The notes under the pieces: model-generated | Databases searched by the model: none | The model's input: the letters and a program-made list of their open reading frames with translations, nothing else | Told to the model about the DNA's origin: nothing | Position numbers and translations under genes: made by a program | DNA from: Eledone cirrhosa | Lineage: Eukaryota | Direction: 5' to 3' | DNA length: 64,000 bases | NCBI GenBank assembly: GCA_964016885.1 | Contig: OZ024744.1 | Location: 28,954,001-29,018,000 of the forward strand | Shown: piece by piece, positions 28,501 through 43,600 of the stretch | Layout: the number at the start of each line of letters is the position of its first letter | Numbering within the stretch: the stretch's first letter is position 1

Positions 28501-31500
28501 GTCACACTGTAAAGTAGTCATGTAGGTGTCACAACCAAAAGCACCCTGTCCACACTGTAAAATAGTCATGTAGGTGACACAAGAAAAAGCACCCAGTCCA
28601 CTCTGTAAAGTAGTCATGTAGGTGTCACAACAAAAGCACCCAGTCCACACTATAAAGTGGTCATGTAGGTGTCACAATAAAGAGTACCCTCCACACTGTA
28701 AAGTGGTCATGTAGGTGTCACAACAAAAAGCACCCATTCCACACTGTAAAGTGGTCATGTAGGTGTCTCAACAAAAAGTACCCAGTCCACACTGTAAAGT
28801 AGTCATGTGGGCGTCTCAACAAGAAGTACCCAGTCTACACTGTAAAGTGGTGATTTAGGTGTCATATCAAAGAGGAACCCAGTCCAAACTGGAAAGTAGT
28901 CATGTAGAGGTCACAACAAAAAGCACCCAGTCCACACTATAAAGTAGTCATGAAGATGTCACAACAAAAAGCACCCAGTCCACACTGTAAAGTAGTCATG
29001 TTTGTGTCACAACAAAAAGCAGCCAGTCCACACTCTAAAGTAGTCATGTAGGTGTCACAACAAAAAGCACCCAGTCCACACTGTAAAGTGGTCATCTAGG
29101 TGTCACAACAAAGAGCACCCAGTCCACACTGTAAAGTAGTCATGTAGGTGTCACTACAAAAAGCACCCAGTCCACACTGTAAAGTGGTCATGTAGCTATC
29201 CCAACAAAAGGTACCCAGTCCACACTGTAAAGTGGTCATGTATGTGCCAAAACAAAAAAGTACCCAGTCCAAACTGGAAAGTAGTCATGTAGAGGTCACA
29301 ACAAAAAGCACCCAGTCCACACTATAAAGTGGTCATGTAGGTTTCACAATAAAAAGTACCCAGTCCACACTGTAAACTAGTCATGTAGCTGTCACAACAA
29401 AAAGCACCCAGTCCACCCTGTAAAGTGGACATGTAGGTGCCAAAACAAAAAAGTACCCAGTCCACACTCTAAAGTAGTCGTGTAGAAATCACACCAAAAA
29501 ACACCCAGTCCACACTGTAAAGTCGTCATGAAGGTGTTACAACAAAAAGCACCCAGTCCACACTGTAACGTGGTCATGTAGGTGTCACAACAAAAAGCAC
29601 CCAGTCCTTACTGTAAAGTGGTCATGTAGGTGTCACAACAAAAGCACCCAGCCCACACTGTAAAGTGGTCACGTAGGTGTCACAACAAAAAGTACCCAGT
29701 CCACACTGTAAAGTAGTCATGTAAGTGTCTCAACAGAAAGTACCCAGTCCACACTGTAAAGTAGTCGTGTAGGTATCACAGCAAAAAACACCCAGTCCAC
29801 ACTGTAAAGTAGCCATGTAGGTGTCACAACAAAAATCTGCAGTCCACATTGTAAAGTGGTCATTTAGGTGTCATATCAAAGAGGAACCCACTCCAAACTG
29901 TAAAGTAGTCATGTAGAGGTCACAACAACAAGCACCCAGTCCACACTATAAAGTAGTCATGAAGATGTCACAACAAAAAGCACCCAGTCCACACTGTAAA
30001 GTAGTCATGTAGCTGTCACAACAAAAAGCACCCAGTCCACACTGAAAAGTAATCATGTAGGTGTCACAACAAAAAGCAGCCAGTCCACACTGTAAATTGG
30101 TCATTTAGGTGTCATAACAAAAAGTACCCAAACCACACTGTAAGGTGGTCATGTAGGTGTCACAACGAAAAGCACCCAGTCACACTGTAAAGTGGTCATG
30201 TAGGTGTCACAACAAAAAGGACCCAGTCCACACTGTAAAGTGGTCATGTAGGTGTCACAACAGAAAGTACCCAGTCCACACTGTAAAGTGGTAACGTAGG
30301 TGTCACAACAAAAAGCACCCAGTCCACACTGTAAATGATCATGTAGAAATCACAACAAAAAGTACCCAGTCCACACTGTAAAGTGGTCATTTAGGTGTCA
30401 TAACAAAAAGTACCCAAACCACACTGTAAGATGGTCATGTAGGTGTCACAACAAAAAGCACCCTGTCACACTGTAAAGTAGTCATGTAGGTGACACAACC
30501 AAAAGCACCCTGTCCACACTGTAAAGTAGTCATGTGGGTGTCTCAACAAAAAGTACCCAGTCCACACTGTAAAGTAGTCGTGTAGGTATCACAGCAAAAA
30601 ACACCCAATCCACACTGTAAAGTAGCCATGTAGGTGTTACAACAAAAATCTCCCAGGTCACACTGTAAAGTGGTCATTTAGGTGTCATATCAAAGAGGAA
30701 CCCAGTCCAAACTGTAAAGTAGTCATATTGGTGTCACAACAAAAAGCAGCCAGTCCACACTGTAAAGTGGTCATTTAGGTGTCATAACAAAAAGTACCCA
30801 AACCACACTGTAAGGTTGTCATGTAGGTGTCACAACAAAAAGAACCCAGTCCACACTGTAAAGTGGTCATGTAGGTGTCACAACAAATAGCACCCAGTCC
30901 ACTCTATAAAGTGGTCATGTAGGTATCACAATAAAAAGTACCCTCTACACTGTAAAGTGGTCATGTAGATGTCACAACAAAAAGTACCCAGTCCACACTG
31001 TAAAGTGGTCATGTAGGTGCCAAAACAAAAATGTACCCAGTCCACACTGTAAAGTCGTCATGTAGGTGTCACAACAAAAAGCACCCAGTCCTCACTGTAA
31101 AGTGGTCATGTAGGTGTCACAACAAAAAGCACCCTTTCCACACTGTAAAGTGGTCATGTAGGTGTCTCAACAAAAAGTACCCAATCCACACTGTAAAGTA
31201 GTCATATTGGTGTCACAACAAAAAGCACCCAGTCTACACTGTAAAGTGTTCATGTAGGTGTCACAACAAAAGGTACCCAGTCCACACTGTAAAGTAGTCT
31301 TGTAGGTGTCACAACAAAAATTACCCAGTCCACACTGTAAAGTGGTCATGTAGGTGCCAAAACAAAAATGTACCCAGTCCACACTGTAAAGTGGTCATGT
31401 AGGTGTCACAACAAAAAGTACCCAATCCACACTGTAAAGTAGTCATGTAGGTGTCACAACAAAAAGTACCCAGTCCACACTGTAAAGTGGTCATGTAGGT

Positions 31501-32339
31501 GTCATAACAATAAGTACCCAGTCCACACTGTAAAGTATTCATGTAGGTCTCACAATAAAAAGCACCCAGACCACACTGTAAAGTGGTCACGTAGGTTCAC
31601 AACAAAAAGCACCCAGTCCACACTCTAAAGTAGTCATGTAGGTGTCACAACAAAAATCACCCAGTCCACACTGTAACGTGGTCTTGAAGGTGTCACAACA
31701 AAAAGCAACCAGTCCACACTGTAAAGTGGTCATGTAGGTGTCACAACAAAAACACCCAGCCCACACTGTAAAGTGGTCATGTAAGTGTCACAACAAAAAG
31801 TACCCAGTCCACACTGTAAAGTAGTCATGTAAGCGTCACAACAAAAAGCACCTAGTCCACACTGTAAAGTGGTCATGTAGGTGTCACAACAAAAGCACCC
31901 AGCCCACACTGTAAAGTGGTCATGTAGGTGCCAAAACAAAAAAGTACCCAGTCCACACTCTAAAGTAGTCGTGTAGAAATCACACCAAAAAACACCCAGT
32001 CCACACTGTAAAGTCGTCATGTAGGTGTCACAACAAAATGCACCCAGTCCACACTGTAACGTGGTCATGTAGGTGTCACAACAAAAAGCACCCAGTCCAC
32101 ACTGTAAAGTGGTCATGTAGGTGTCACAACAAAAGCACCCAGCCCACACTGTAAAGTGGTCATGTAGGTGTCACGACAAGAAGTACCCAATCCACACTGT
32201 AAAGTAGTCATGTAGGTGTCACAATAAAAAGTACCCAGTCCACACTGTAAAGTGGTCATGTAGGTGTCTCAACAAAAAGTACCCAGTCCACACTGTAAAG
32301 TAGTCGTGTAGGTATCACAGCAAAAAACACCCAGTCCAC

Positions 32340-35300
32340 ACTGTAAAGTAGCCATGTAGGTGTCACAACAAAAATCTCCCAGTTCACACTGTAAAGTGGT
32401 CATTTAGGTGTCATATCAAAGAGGAACCCAGTCCAAACTGTAAAGTAGTCATGTTGAGGTCACAATAAAAAGCACCCAGTCCACACTATAAAGTAGTCAT
32501 GAAGATGTCACAACAAAAAGCACCCAGTCCATACTGTGAAGTAGTCATGTAGCTGTCACAACAAAAATGCACCCAGTCCACACTGAAAAGTAATCATGTA
32601 GGTGTCACAACAAAAATCACCCAGTCCACACTGTAAAGTAGTCATGTAGGTGTCACAACAAAAGTACCCAGTCCACACTGCAAAGTGGTCATGTAGGTGT
32701 CACAACAAAAAGGACCCAGTCCACACTGTAAAGTAGTCATGTAGGCGTCACAACAAAAAGCACCCATCCCACACTATAAAGTGGTCATGTAGGTGTTACA
32801 ATAGAAAGTACCCTCCACACTGTAAAGTGGTCATGTAGCTGTCACAACAAAAAGCACCCATTCCACATGTAAAGTGGTCATGTAGGTGTCTCAACAAAAA
32901 GCACCCAGTCTACACTGTAAAGTGTTCATGTAGGTGTCACAACAAAAAGTACACAGTCCACACTGTAAAGTAGTCTTGTAAGTGTCACAACAAAAATTAC
33001 CCAACCCACACTGTAAAGTGGTCATGTAGGTGCCAAAACAAAAATGTACCCAGTCCACACTGTAAAGTCGTCATGTAGGTGTCACAACAAAAAGCACCCA
33101 GTCCTCACTGTAAAGTGGTCATGTAGGTGTCACAACAAAAAGCACCCTTTCCACACTGTAAAGTGGTCATGTAGGTGTCTCAACAAAAAGTACCCAATCC
33201 ACACTGTAAAGTTGTCATGTAGGTGCCAAAACAAAAATGTACCCAGTCCACACTGTAAAGTGGTCATGTAGATGTCACAACAAAAAGTACCCAATCCACA
33301 CTGTAAAGTAGTCATGTAGGTGTCACAACAAAAAGTACCCAGTCCACACTGTAAAGTGGTCACGTAGGTGTCACAACAAAAAGCACCCAGTCCACACTCT
33401 AAAGTAGTCATGTAGGTGTCACAACAAAAAGCACCCAGTCCACACTGTAAAGTGGTCATCTAGGTGTCACAACAAAGAGCACCCAGTCCACACTGTAATG
33501 TAGTCATGTAGGTGTCACTACAAAAAGCACCAAGTCCACACTGTAAAGTAGTCATATAGCTATGCCAACAAAAAGTACCCAGTCCACACTGTAAAGTAGT
33601 CATGTAGGTGTCACAACAAAAAGTACCCAGTCCACACTGTAAAGTGGTCACGTAGGTGCCAAAAACAAAAAAGAACCCAGTCCACACTGGAAAGTCGTCA
33701 TGTAGGTGTCACAACAAAAATCACCCAGTCCACACTGTAACGTGGTCTTGAAGGTGTCACAACAAAAAGCACCCAGTCCACACTGTAAAGTGATCATGTA
33801 GGTGTCACAACAAAAACACCCAGCCCACACTGTAAAGTGGTCATGTAAGTGTCACAACAAAAAGTACCCAGTCCACACTGTAAAGTAGTCATGTAAGCGT
33901 CACAACAAAAAGCACCCAGTCCACACTGTAAAGTGGTCATGTAGGTGCCAAAACAAAAAAGTACCCAGTCCACACTCTAAAGTTGTCGTGTAGAAATCAC
34001 ACCAAAAAACACCCAGTCCACACTGTAAAGTCGTCATTTAGGTGTCACAACAAAAAGCACCCAGTCCACACTGTAACGTGGTCATGTAGGTGTCACAACA
34101 AAAAGCACCCAGTCCACACTGTAAAGTGGTCATGTAGGTGTCACAACAAAGGCACCCAGCCCACACTGTAAAGTGGTCATGTAGGTGTCACAACAAGAAG
34201 TACCCAATCCACACTGTAAAGTAGTCATGTAGGCGTCACAACAAAAAGCACCCAGTCCACTCTATAAAGTGGTCATGTAGGTGTCACAATAAAAAGTACC
34301 CAGTCCACACTGTAAAGTCGTCATGTAGGTGTCACAACAAAAAGCACCCAGTCCTCACTGTAAAGTGGTCATGTAGGTGTCACAACAAAAAGCACCCTTT
34401 CCACACTGTAAAGTGGTCATGTAGGTGTCTCAACAAAAAGTACCCAATCCACACTGTAAAGTAGTCATGTAGGTGTCACAACAAAAAGCACCCAGTCTAC
34501 ACTGTAAAGTAGCCATGTAGGTGTCACAACAAAAATCTCCCAGTTCACACTGTAAAGTGGTCATTTAGGTGTCATATCAAAGAGGAACCCAGTCCAAACT
34601 GTAAAGTAGTCATGTAGAGGACACAATAAAAAGCACCCAGTCCACACTATAAAGTAGTCATGAAGATGTCACAACAAAAAGCACCCAGTCCACACTGTGA
34701 AGTAGTCATGTAGCTGTCACAACAAAAAGCACCCAGTCCACACTGAAAAGTAATCATGTAGGTGTCACAACAAAAATCACAAATCCACACTGTAAAGTAG
34801 GCATGTAGGTGTCACAACAAAAGTACCCAGTCCACACTGCAAAGTGGTCATGTAGGTGTCACAACAAAAAGGACCCAGTCCACACTGTAAAGTAGTCATG
34901 TAGGCGTCACAACAAAAAGCACCCAGCCCACACTATAAAGTGGTCATGTAGGTGTCACAATAGAAAGTACCCTCCACACTGTAAAGTGGTCATGTAGGTG
35001 TCACAACAAAAAGCACCCATTCCACACTGTAAAGTGGTCATGTAGGTGTCTCAACAAAAAGTACCCAATCCACACTGTAAAGTAGTCATGTAGGTGTCAC
35101 AACAAAAAGCACCCAGTCTACACTGTAAAGTGTTCATGTAGGTGTCACAACAAAAAGTACACAGTCCACACTGTAAAGTAGTCTTGTAAGTGTCACAACA
35201 AAAATTACCCAGTCCACACTGTAAAGTGGTCATGTAGGTGCCAAAACAAAAATGTACCCAGTCCACACTGTAAAGTCGTCATGTAGGTGTCACAACAAAA

Positions 35301-36430
35301 AGCACCTAGTCCTCACTGTAAAGTGGTCATGTAGGTGTCACAACAAAAAGCACCCTTTCCACACTGTAAAGTGGGCATGTAGGTGTCTCAACAAAAAGTA
35401 CCCAATCCACACTGTAAAGTTGTCATGTAGGTGCCAAAACAAAAATGTACCCAGTCCACACTGTAAAGTGGTCATGTAGATGTCACAACAAAAAGTACCC
35501 AATCCACACTGTAAAGTAGTCATGTAGGTGTCACAACAAAAAGTACCCAGTCCACACTGTAAAGTGGTCATGTAGGTGTCATAACAATAAGTACCCAGTC
35601 CACACTGTAAAGTATTCATGTAGGTCTCACAATAAAAAGCACCCAGACCACACTGTAAAGTGGTCACGTAGGTGTCACAACAAAAAGCACCCAGTCCACA
35701 CTCTAAAGTAGTCATGTAGGTGTCACAACAAAAAGCACCCAGTCCACACTGTAAAGTGGTCATCTAGGTGTCACAACAAAGAGCACCCAGTCCACACTGT
35801 AATGTAGTCATGTAGGTGTCACTACAAAAAGCACCCAGTCCACACTGTAAAGTGGTCATGTAGCTATCCCAACAAAAAGTACCCAGTCCACACTGTAAAG
35901 TAGTCATGTAGGTGTCACAACAAAAAGTACCCAGTCCACACTGTAAAGTGGTCATGTAGGTGCCAAAACAAAAAAGAACCCAGTCCACACTGTAAAGTCG
36001 TCATGTAGGTGTCACAACAAAAATCACCCAGTCCACACTGTAACGTGGTCTTGAAGGTGTCACAACAAAAAGCACCCAGTCCACACTGTAAAGTGGTCAT
36101 GTAGGTGTCACACCAAAAAACACCCAGTCCACACTGTAAAGTCGTCATTTAGGTGTCACAACAAAAAGCACCCAGTCCACACTGTAACGTGGTCATGTAG
36201 GTGTCACAACAAAAAGCACCCAGTCCACACTGTAAAGTGGTCATGTAGGTGTCACAACAAAGGCACCCAGCCCACACTGTAAAGTGGTCATGTAGGTGTC
36301 ACAACAAGAAGTACCCAATCCACACTGTAAAGTAGTCATGTAGGCGTCACAACAAAAAGCACCCAGTCCACTCTATAAAGTTGTCATGTAGGTGTCACAA
36401 TAAAAAGTACCCAGTCCACACTGTAAAGTG
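32340..36430. repeat. Imperfect tandem duplication of about 2.1-2.3 kb with whole-monomer indels
   Basis: Offsets are 2161 (CTGTGAAG at about 32534/34695), 2208 (ORFs 33044/35252, 33130/35338), 2304 (33460/35764) and 2111 (TCGTCATTTAG at 34031/36142). Confidence 0.78.
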
Positions 36431-39400
36431 GTCATGTAGGTGTCTCAACAAAAAGTACCCAGTCCACACTGTAAAGTAGTCGTGTAGGTATCACAGCAAA
36501 AAACACCCAGTCCACACTGTAAAGTAGCCATGTAGGTGTCACAACAAAAAGCTCCCAGTTCACACTGTAAAGTGGTCATTTAGGTGTCATATCAAAGAGG
36601 AACCCAGTCCAAACTGTAAAGTAGTCATGTAGAGGTCACAATAAAAAGCACCCAGTCCACACTATAAAGTAGTCATGAAGATGTCACAACAAAAAGCACC
36701 CAGTCCACACTGTAAAGTAGTCATGTAGGCGTCACAACAAAAAGCACCCAGCCCACACTATAAAGTGGTCATGTAGGTGTCACAATAGAAAGTACCCTCC
36801 ACACTGTAAAGTGGTCATGTAGGTGTCACAACAAAAAGCACCCATTCCACACTGTAAAGTGGTCATGTAGGTGTCTCAACAAAAGGTACCCAGTCCACAC
36901 TGTAAATTAGTCATGTGGGTGTCTCAACAAAAAGAATCCAGTCCACACTGTAAAGTAGTCGTGTAGGTATCACAGCAAAAAACACCCAGTCCACACTGTG
37001 AAGTAGCCATGTAGGTGTCACAACAAAAATCTCCCAGTTCACACTGTAAAGTGGTCATTTAGGTGTCATATCAAAGAGGAACCCAGTCCAAACTCTAAAG
37101 TAGTCATGTAGAGGTCACAATAAAAAGCACCCAGTCCACACTATAAAGTAGTCATGAAGATGTCACAACAAAAAGCACCCAGTCCACACTGTAAAGTAGT
37201 CATGTAGCTGTCACAACAAAAAGCACCCAGTCCACAGTGAAAAGTAATCATGTAGGTGTCACGACAAAAATCACCCAGTCCACACTGTAAAGTAGTCATA
37301 TTGGTGTCACAACAAAAAGCAGCCAGTCCACACTGTAAAGTGGTCATTTAGGTGTCATAACAAAAAGTACCCAAACCACACTGTAAAGTGGTAATGTAGG
37401 TGTCACAACAAAAAGCACCCAGTCCACACTATAAAGTGGTCATGTATGTATCACAATAAAAAGTACCCTCCACACTGTAAAGTGGTCATGTAGCTATCCC
37501 AACAAAAAGTACCCAGTACACACTGTAAAGTAGTCATGTAGGTGTCACAACAAAAAGTACACAGTCCACACTGTAAAGTGGTCATGTAGGTGCCAAAACA
37601 AAAAAGTACCCAGTCCACACTGTAAAGTGGTAATGCAGGTGTCACAACAAGAAGTACCCAGTCCACACTGTAAAGTGGTCATGTAGGTGCCAAAACAAAA
37701 ATGTACCCAGTCCACACTGTAAAGTCGTCATGTAAGTGTCACAACAAAAAGCACCCAGTCCTCACTGTAAAGTGGTCATGTAGGTGTCACAACAAAAAGC
37801 ACCCTTTCCACACTGTAAAGTGGTCATGTAGGTGTCTCAACAAAAAGTACCCAATCCATACTGTAAAGTAGTCATGTAGGTGTCACAACAAAAAGCACCC
37901 AGTCTACACTGTAAAGTGTTCATGTAGGTGTCACAACAAAAAGGACCCAGTCCACACTGTAAAGTAGTCTTGTAGGTGTCACAACAAAAATTACCCAGTC
38001 CCCACTGTAAAGTGGTCATGTAGGTGCCAAAACAAAAATGTACCCAGTCCACACTGTAAAGTGGTCATGTAGGTGTCACAACAAAAAGTACCCAATCCAC
38101 ACTGTAAAGTAGTCATGTAGGTGTCACAACAAAAAGTACCCAGTCCACACTGTAAAGTGGTCATGTAGGTGTCATAACAATAAGTAGCCAGTTCACACTA
38201 TAAAGTATTCATGTAGGTCTCACAATAAAAAGCACCCAGACCACACTGTAAAGTGGTCACGTAGGTGTCACAACAAAAAGCACCCAGTCCACACTCTAAA
38301 GTAGTCATGTAGGTGTCACAACAAAAAGCACCCAGTCCACACTGTAAAGTGGTCATGTAGCTATCCCAACAAAAAGTACCCAGTCCACACTGTAAAGTAG
38401 TCATGTAGGTGTCACAACAAAAAGTACCCAGTCCACACTGTAAAGTGGTCATGTAGGTGCCAAAACAAAAAAGTACCCAGTCCACACTGTAAAGTCGTCA
38501 TGTAGGTGTCACAACAAAAATCACCCGGTCCACACTGTAACGTGGTCTTGAAGGTGTCACAACAAAAAGCACCCAGTCCACACTGTAAAGTGGTCATGTA
38601 GGTGTCACAACAAAAGCACCCAGTCCACACTGTAAAGTAGTCATGTAAGCGTCACAACAAAAAGCACCCAGTCCACACTGTAAAGTGGTCATGTAGGTGC
38701 CAAAACAAAAAAGTACCCAGTCCACACTCTAAAGTAGTCGTGTAGAAATCACACCAAAAAACACCCAGTCCACACTGTAAAGTCGTCATGTATGTGTCAC
38801 AACAAAAAGCACCCAGTCCACACTGTATCGTGGTCATGTAGGTGTCACAACAAAAAGCACCCAGTCCACACTGTAAAGTGGTCATGTAGGTGTCACAACA
38901 AAAGCACCCAGCCCACACTGTAAAGTGGTCATGTAGGTGTCACAGCAAGAAGTACCCAATCCACACTGTAAAGTAGACATGTAGGCGTCACAACAAAAAG
39001 CACCCAGTCCACTCTATAAAGTGGTCATGTAGGTGTCACAATAAGAAGTACACAGTCCACACTGTAAAGTGGTCATGTAGAGGTCACAATAAAAAGCACC
39101 CAGTCCACACTATAAAGTAGTCATGAAGATGTCACAACAAAAAGCACCCAGTCCACACTGTAAAGTAGTCATGTAGCTGTCACAACAAAAAGCACCCAAT
39201 CCACACTGAAAGGTAATCATGTAGGTGTCACAACAAAAATCACCCAGTCCACACTGTAAAGTAGACATGTTGTTGTCACAACAAAAAGCAGCTAGTCCAC
39301 ACTGTAAAGTGGTCATTTAGGTGTCATAACAAAAAGTACCCAAACCACACTGTAAGGTGGTCATGTAGGTGTCACAACAAAAAGCACCCAGTCACACTGT

Positions 39401-40699
39401 AAAGTGGTCATGTAGGTGTCACAACAGAAATACCCAGTCCACACTGTAAAGTGGTAATGTAGGTGTCACAACAAAAAGCACCCAGTCCACATTGTAAATG
39501 ATCATGTAGGAGACACAACAAAAAGTACCCAGTCCACACTGTAAAGTGGTCATATAGGTGTCATAACAAAAAGTACCCAAACCACACTGTAAGGTGGTCA
39601 TGTAGTTGTCACAACAAAAAGCACCCAGTCACACTGTAAAGTAGTCATGTAGGTGTCACAACCAAAAGCACCCTGTCCACACTGTAAAATAGTCATGTAG
39701 GTGTCACAATAAAAAGTACTCTCCACACTGTAAAGTGGTCATGTAGGTGTCACAACAAAAAGCACCCAGTCCACACTATAAAGTAGTCATGAAGATGTCA
39801 CAACAAAAAGCACCCAGTCCACACTGTAAAGTAGTCATGTTTGTGTCACAACAAAAAGCAGCCAGTCCACACTCTAAAGTAGTCATGTAGGTGTCACAAC
39901 AAAAAGCACCCAGTCCACATGTAAAGTGGTCATCTAGGTGTAACAACAAAGAGCACCCAGTCCACACTGTAAAGTAGTCATGTAGGTGTAACTACAAAAA
40001 GCACCCAGTCCACACTGTAAAGTGGTCATGTAGCTATCCCAACAAAAAGTACCCAGTCCACACTGTAAAGTGGTCATGTATGTGCCAAAACAAAAAAGTA
40101 CCCAGTCCACACTGTAAAGTCGTCATGTAGGTGTCACAACAAAAAGCACCCAGTCCACACTGTAAAGTGGTCATGTAGGTGTCACAACAAAAGCACCCAG
40201 CCCACACTGTAAAGTGGTCATGTAGGTGTCACAACAAAAAGTACCCAGTCCACACTGTAAAGTAGTCATGTAAGCGTCACAACAAAAAGCACCCAGTCCA
40301 CACTATAAAGTGGTCATGTAGGTTTCACAATAAAAAGTACCCAGTCCACACTGTAAACTAGTCATGTAGCTGTCACAACAAAAAGCACCCAGTCCACCCT
40401 GTAAAGTGGACATGTAGGTGCCAAAACAAACAAGTACCCAGTCCACACTCTAAAGTAGTCGTGTAGAAATCACACCAAAAAACACCCAGTCCACACTGTA
40501 AAGTCGTCATGTAGGTGTTACAACAAAAAGCACCCAGTCCACACTGTAACGTGGTCATGTAGGTGTCACAACAAAAAGCACCCAGTCCTTACTGTAAAGT
40601 GGTCATGTAGGTGTCACAACAAAAGCACCCAGCCCACACTATAAAGTGGTCACGTAGGTGTCACAACAAAAAGTACCCAGTCCACACTGTAAAGTAGTC

Positions 40700-43600
40700 A
40701 TGTAAGTGTCTCAACAGAAAGTACCCAGTCCACACTGTAAAGTGGTAATGTAGGTGTCACAACAAAAAGCACCCAGTCCACACTGTAAATGATCATGTAG
40801 GAGACACAACAAAAAGTACCCAGTCCACACTGTAAAGTGGTCATTTAGGTGTCATAACAAAAAGCACCCAGTCCAAACTGTAAAGTAGTCATGTAGATGT
40901 CACAACCAAAAGCACCCTGTCCACACTGTAAAATAGTCATGTAGGTGACACAAGAAAAAGCACCCAGTCCACACTGTAAAGTAGTCATGTAGGTGTCACA
41001 ACAAAAAGCACCCAGTCCACACTGTAAAGTGGTCATTTATGTGTCACAACAAAAAGTACCCAGTCCACACTGTAAAGTGGTCATGTAGGTGTCTCAACAA
41101 AAAGGAACCCAATCCACACTGTAAAGTAGTCATGTAGGTGTCAAAACAAAAATCACCCAATCCACACTGTAAAGTGGTCATGTAGATGTCACAACAAAAG
41201 CACCCAGTCCACACTTTAAAGTGGTCATGTAGGTGTCACAACAAAAAGTACCCAGTCCACACTGTAAAGTATCATGTAGGCGTCACAACAAAAAGCACCT
41301 GGTCCACACTGTAAAGTGGTCATGTAGGTGTCACAACAAAATGTACCCAGTCCACACTGTAGAGTAGTCATGTAGGTGTCACAACAAAAAGTACCCAGTC
41401 CACACCGTAAAGTGGTCATGTAGGTGCACAACAAACAGTACCCAGTTCACACTGTAAAGTAGTCATGTAGGTGTCACAATAAAAAGTACCCAGTCCACAC
41501 TGTAAAGTGGGCATGTAGGTGTCACAACAAAACGCACCCAGTCCACACTGTAAAGTGGTCATGTAGGTGTCTCAACAAAAAGTACCCAGTCCACACTGTA
41601 AAGTAGCCATGTAGGTGTCACAACAAAAATCACCCAGTCCACACTGTAAAGTGGGCATTTAGGTGTCATCAAAGAGGAACCCAGTCCAAACTGTAAAGTA
41701 GTCATGTAGAGGTCACAACAAAAAGCACCCAGTCCACACTATAAAGTAGTCATGAAGATGTCACAACAAAAAGCACCGAGTCCACACTGTAAAGTAGTCA
41801 TGTAGGTGTCACAACAAAAAGCACCCAGTCCACACTGAAAAGTAATCATGTAGGCGTCACAACAAAAATCACCCAGTCCACACTGTAAAGTAGTCATGTT
41901 GGTGTCACAACAAAAAGCAGCCAGTCCACACTGTAAAGTGGTCATTTAGGTGGTATAACAAAAAGTACCCAAACCACACTGTAAGGTGGTCATGTAGGTG
42001 TCACAACAAAAAGCACCCAGTCACACTGTAAAGTAGTCATGTAGGTGTCACAACCAAAAGCACCCTGTCCACACTGTAAAATAGTCATGTAGGTGACATA
42101 AGAAAAAGCACCCAGTCCACACTGTAAAGTAGTCATGTAGGTGTCACAACAAAAGCACCCAGTCCACACTGCAAAGTGGTCATGTAGCTATCCCAACAAA
42201 AAGTACCCAGTCCACACTGTAAAGTGGTCATGTATGTGCCAAAACAAAAAAGTACCCAGTCCACACTGTAAAGTCGTCATGTAGGTGTCACAACAAAAAG
42301 CACCCAGTCCACACTGTAAAGTGGTCATGTAGGTGTCACAACAAAAGCACCCAGCCCACAATGTAAAGTGGTCATGTAGGTGTCACAACAAAAAGTACCC
42401 AGTCCACACTGTAAAGTAGTCATGTAAGCGCCACAACAAAAAGCACCCAGTCCACACTATAAAGTGGTCATGTAGGTTTCACAATAAAAAGTACCCAGTC
42501 CACACTGTAAACTAGTCATGTAGCTGTCACAACAAAAAGCACCCAGTCCACACTGTAAAGTAGTCATGTTGGTGTCACAACAAAAAGCAGCCAGTCCACA
42601 CTGTAAATTGGTCATTTAGGTGTCATAACAAAAAGTACCCAAACCACACTGTAAGGTGGTCATGTAGGTGTCACAACGAAAAGCACCCAGTCACACTGTA
42701 AAGTGGTCATGTAGGTGTCACGACAAAAAGGACCCAGTCCACACTGTAAAGTGGTCATGTATGTGTCACAACAGAAAGTACCCAGTCCACACTGTAAAGT
42801 GGTAACGTAGGTGTCACAACAAAAAGCACCCAGTCCACACTGTAAATGATCATGTAGAAATCACAACAAAAAGTACCCAGTCCACACTGTAAAGTGGTCA
42901 TTTAGGTGTCATAACAAAAGTACCCAAACCACACTGTAAGATGGTCATGTAGGTGTCACAACAAAAAGCACCCTGTCACACTGTAAAGTAGTAATGTAGG
43001 TGTCACAACCAAAAGCACACTGTCCACACTGTAAAATAGTCATGTAGGTGACACAGAAAAAAGCACCCAGTCCACACTGTAAAGTAGTCATGTAGGTGTC
43101 ACAACAAAAGTACCCAGTCCACACTGCAAAGTGGTCATGTAGGTGTCACAACAAAAAGTACCCAGTCCACACTGTAAAGTAGTCATGTAGGCGTCACAAC
43201 AAAAAGCACCCAGCCCACACTATAAAGTGGTCATGTAGGTGTCACAATAGAAAGTACCCTCCACACTGTAAAGTGGTCATGTAGGTGTCACAACAAAAAG
43301 CACCCATTCCACACTGTAAAGTGGTCATGTAGGTGTCTCAACAAAAAGTACCCAGTCCACACTGTAAAGTAGTCATGTGGGTGTCTCAACAAAAAGTACC
43401 CAGTCCACACTGTAAAGTAGTCGTGTAGGTATGACAGCAAAAAACACCCAGTCCACACTGTAAAGTAGCCATGTAGGTGTCACAACAAAAGTCTCCCAGT
43501 TCACACTGTAAAGTGGTCATTTAGGTGTCATATCAAAGAGGAACCCAGTCCAAACTGTAAAGTAGTCATGTAGAGGTCACAATAAAAAGCACCCAGTCCA

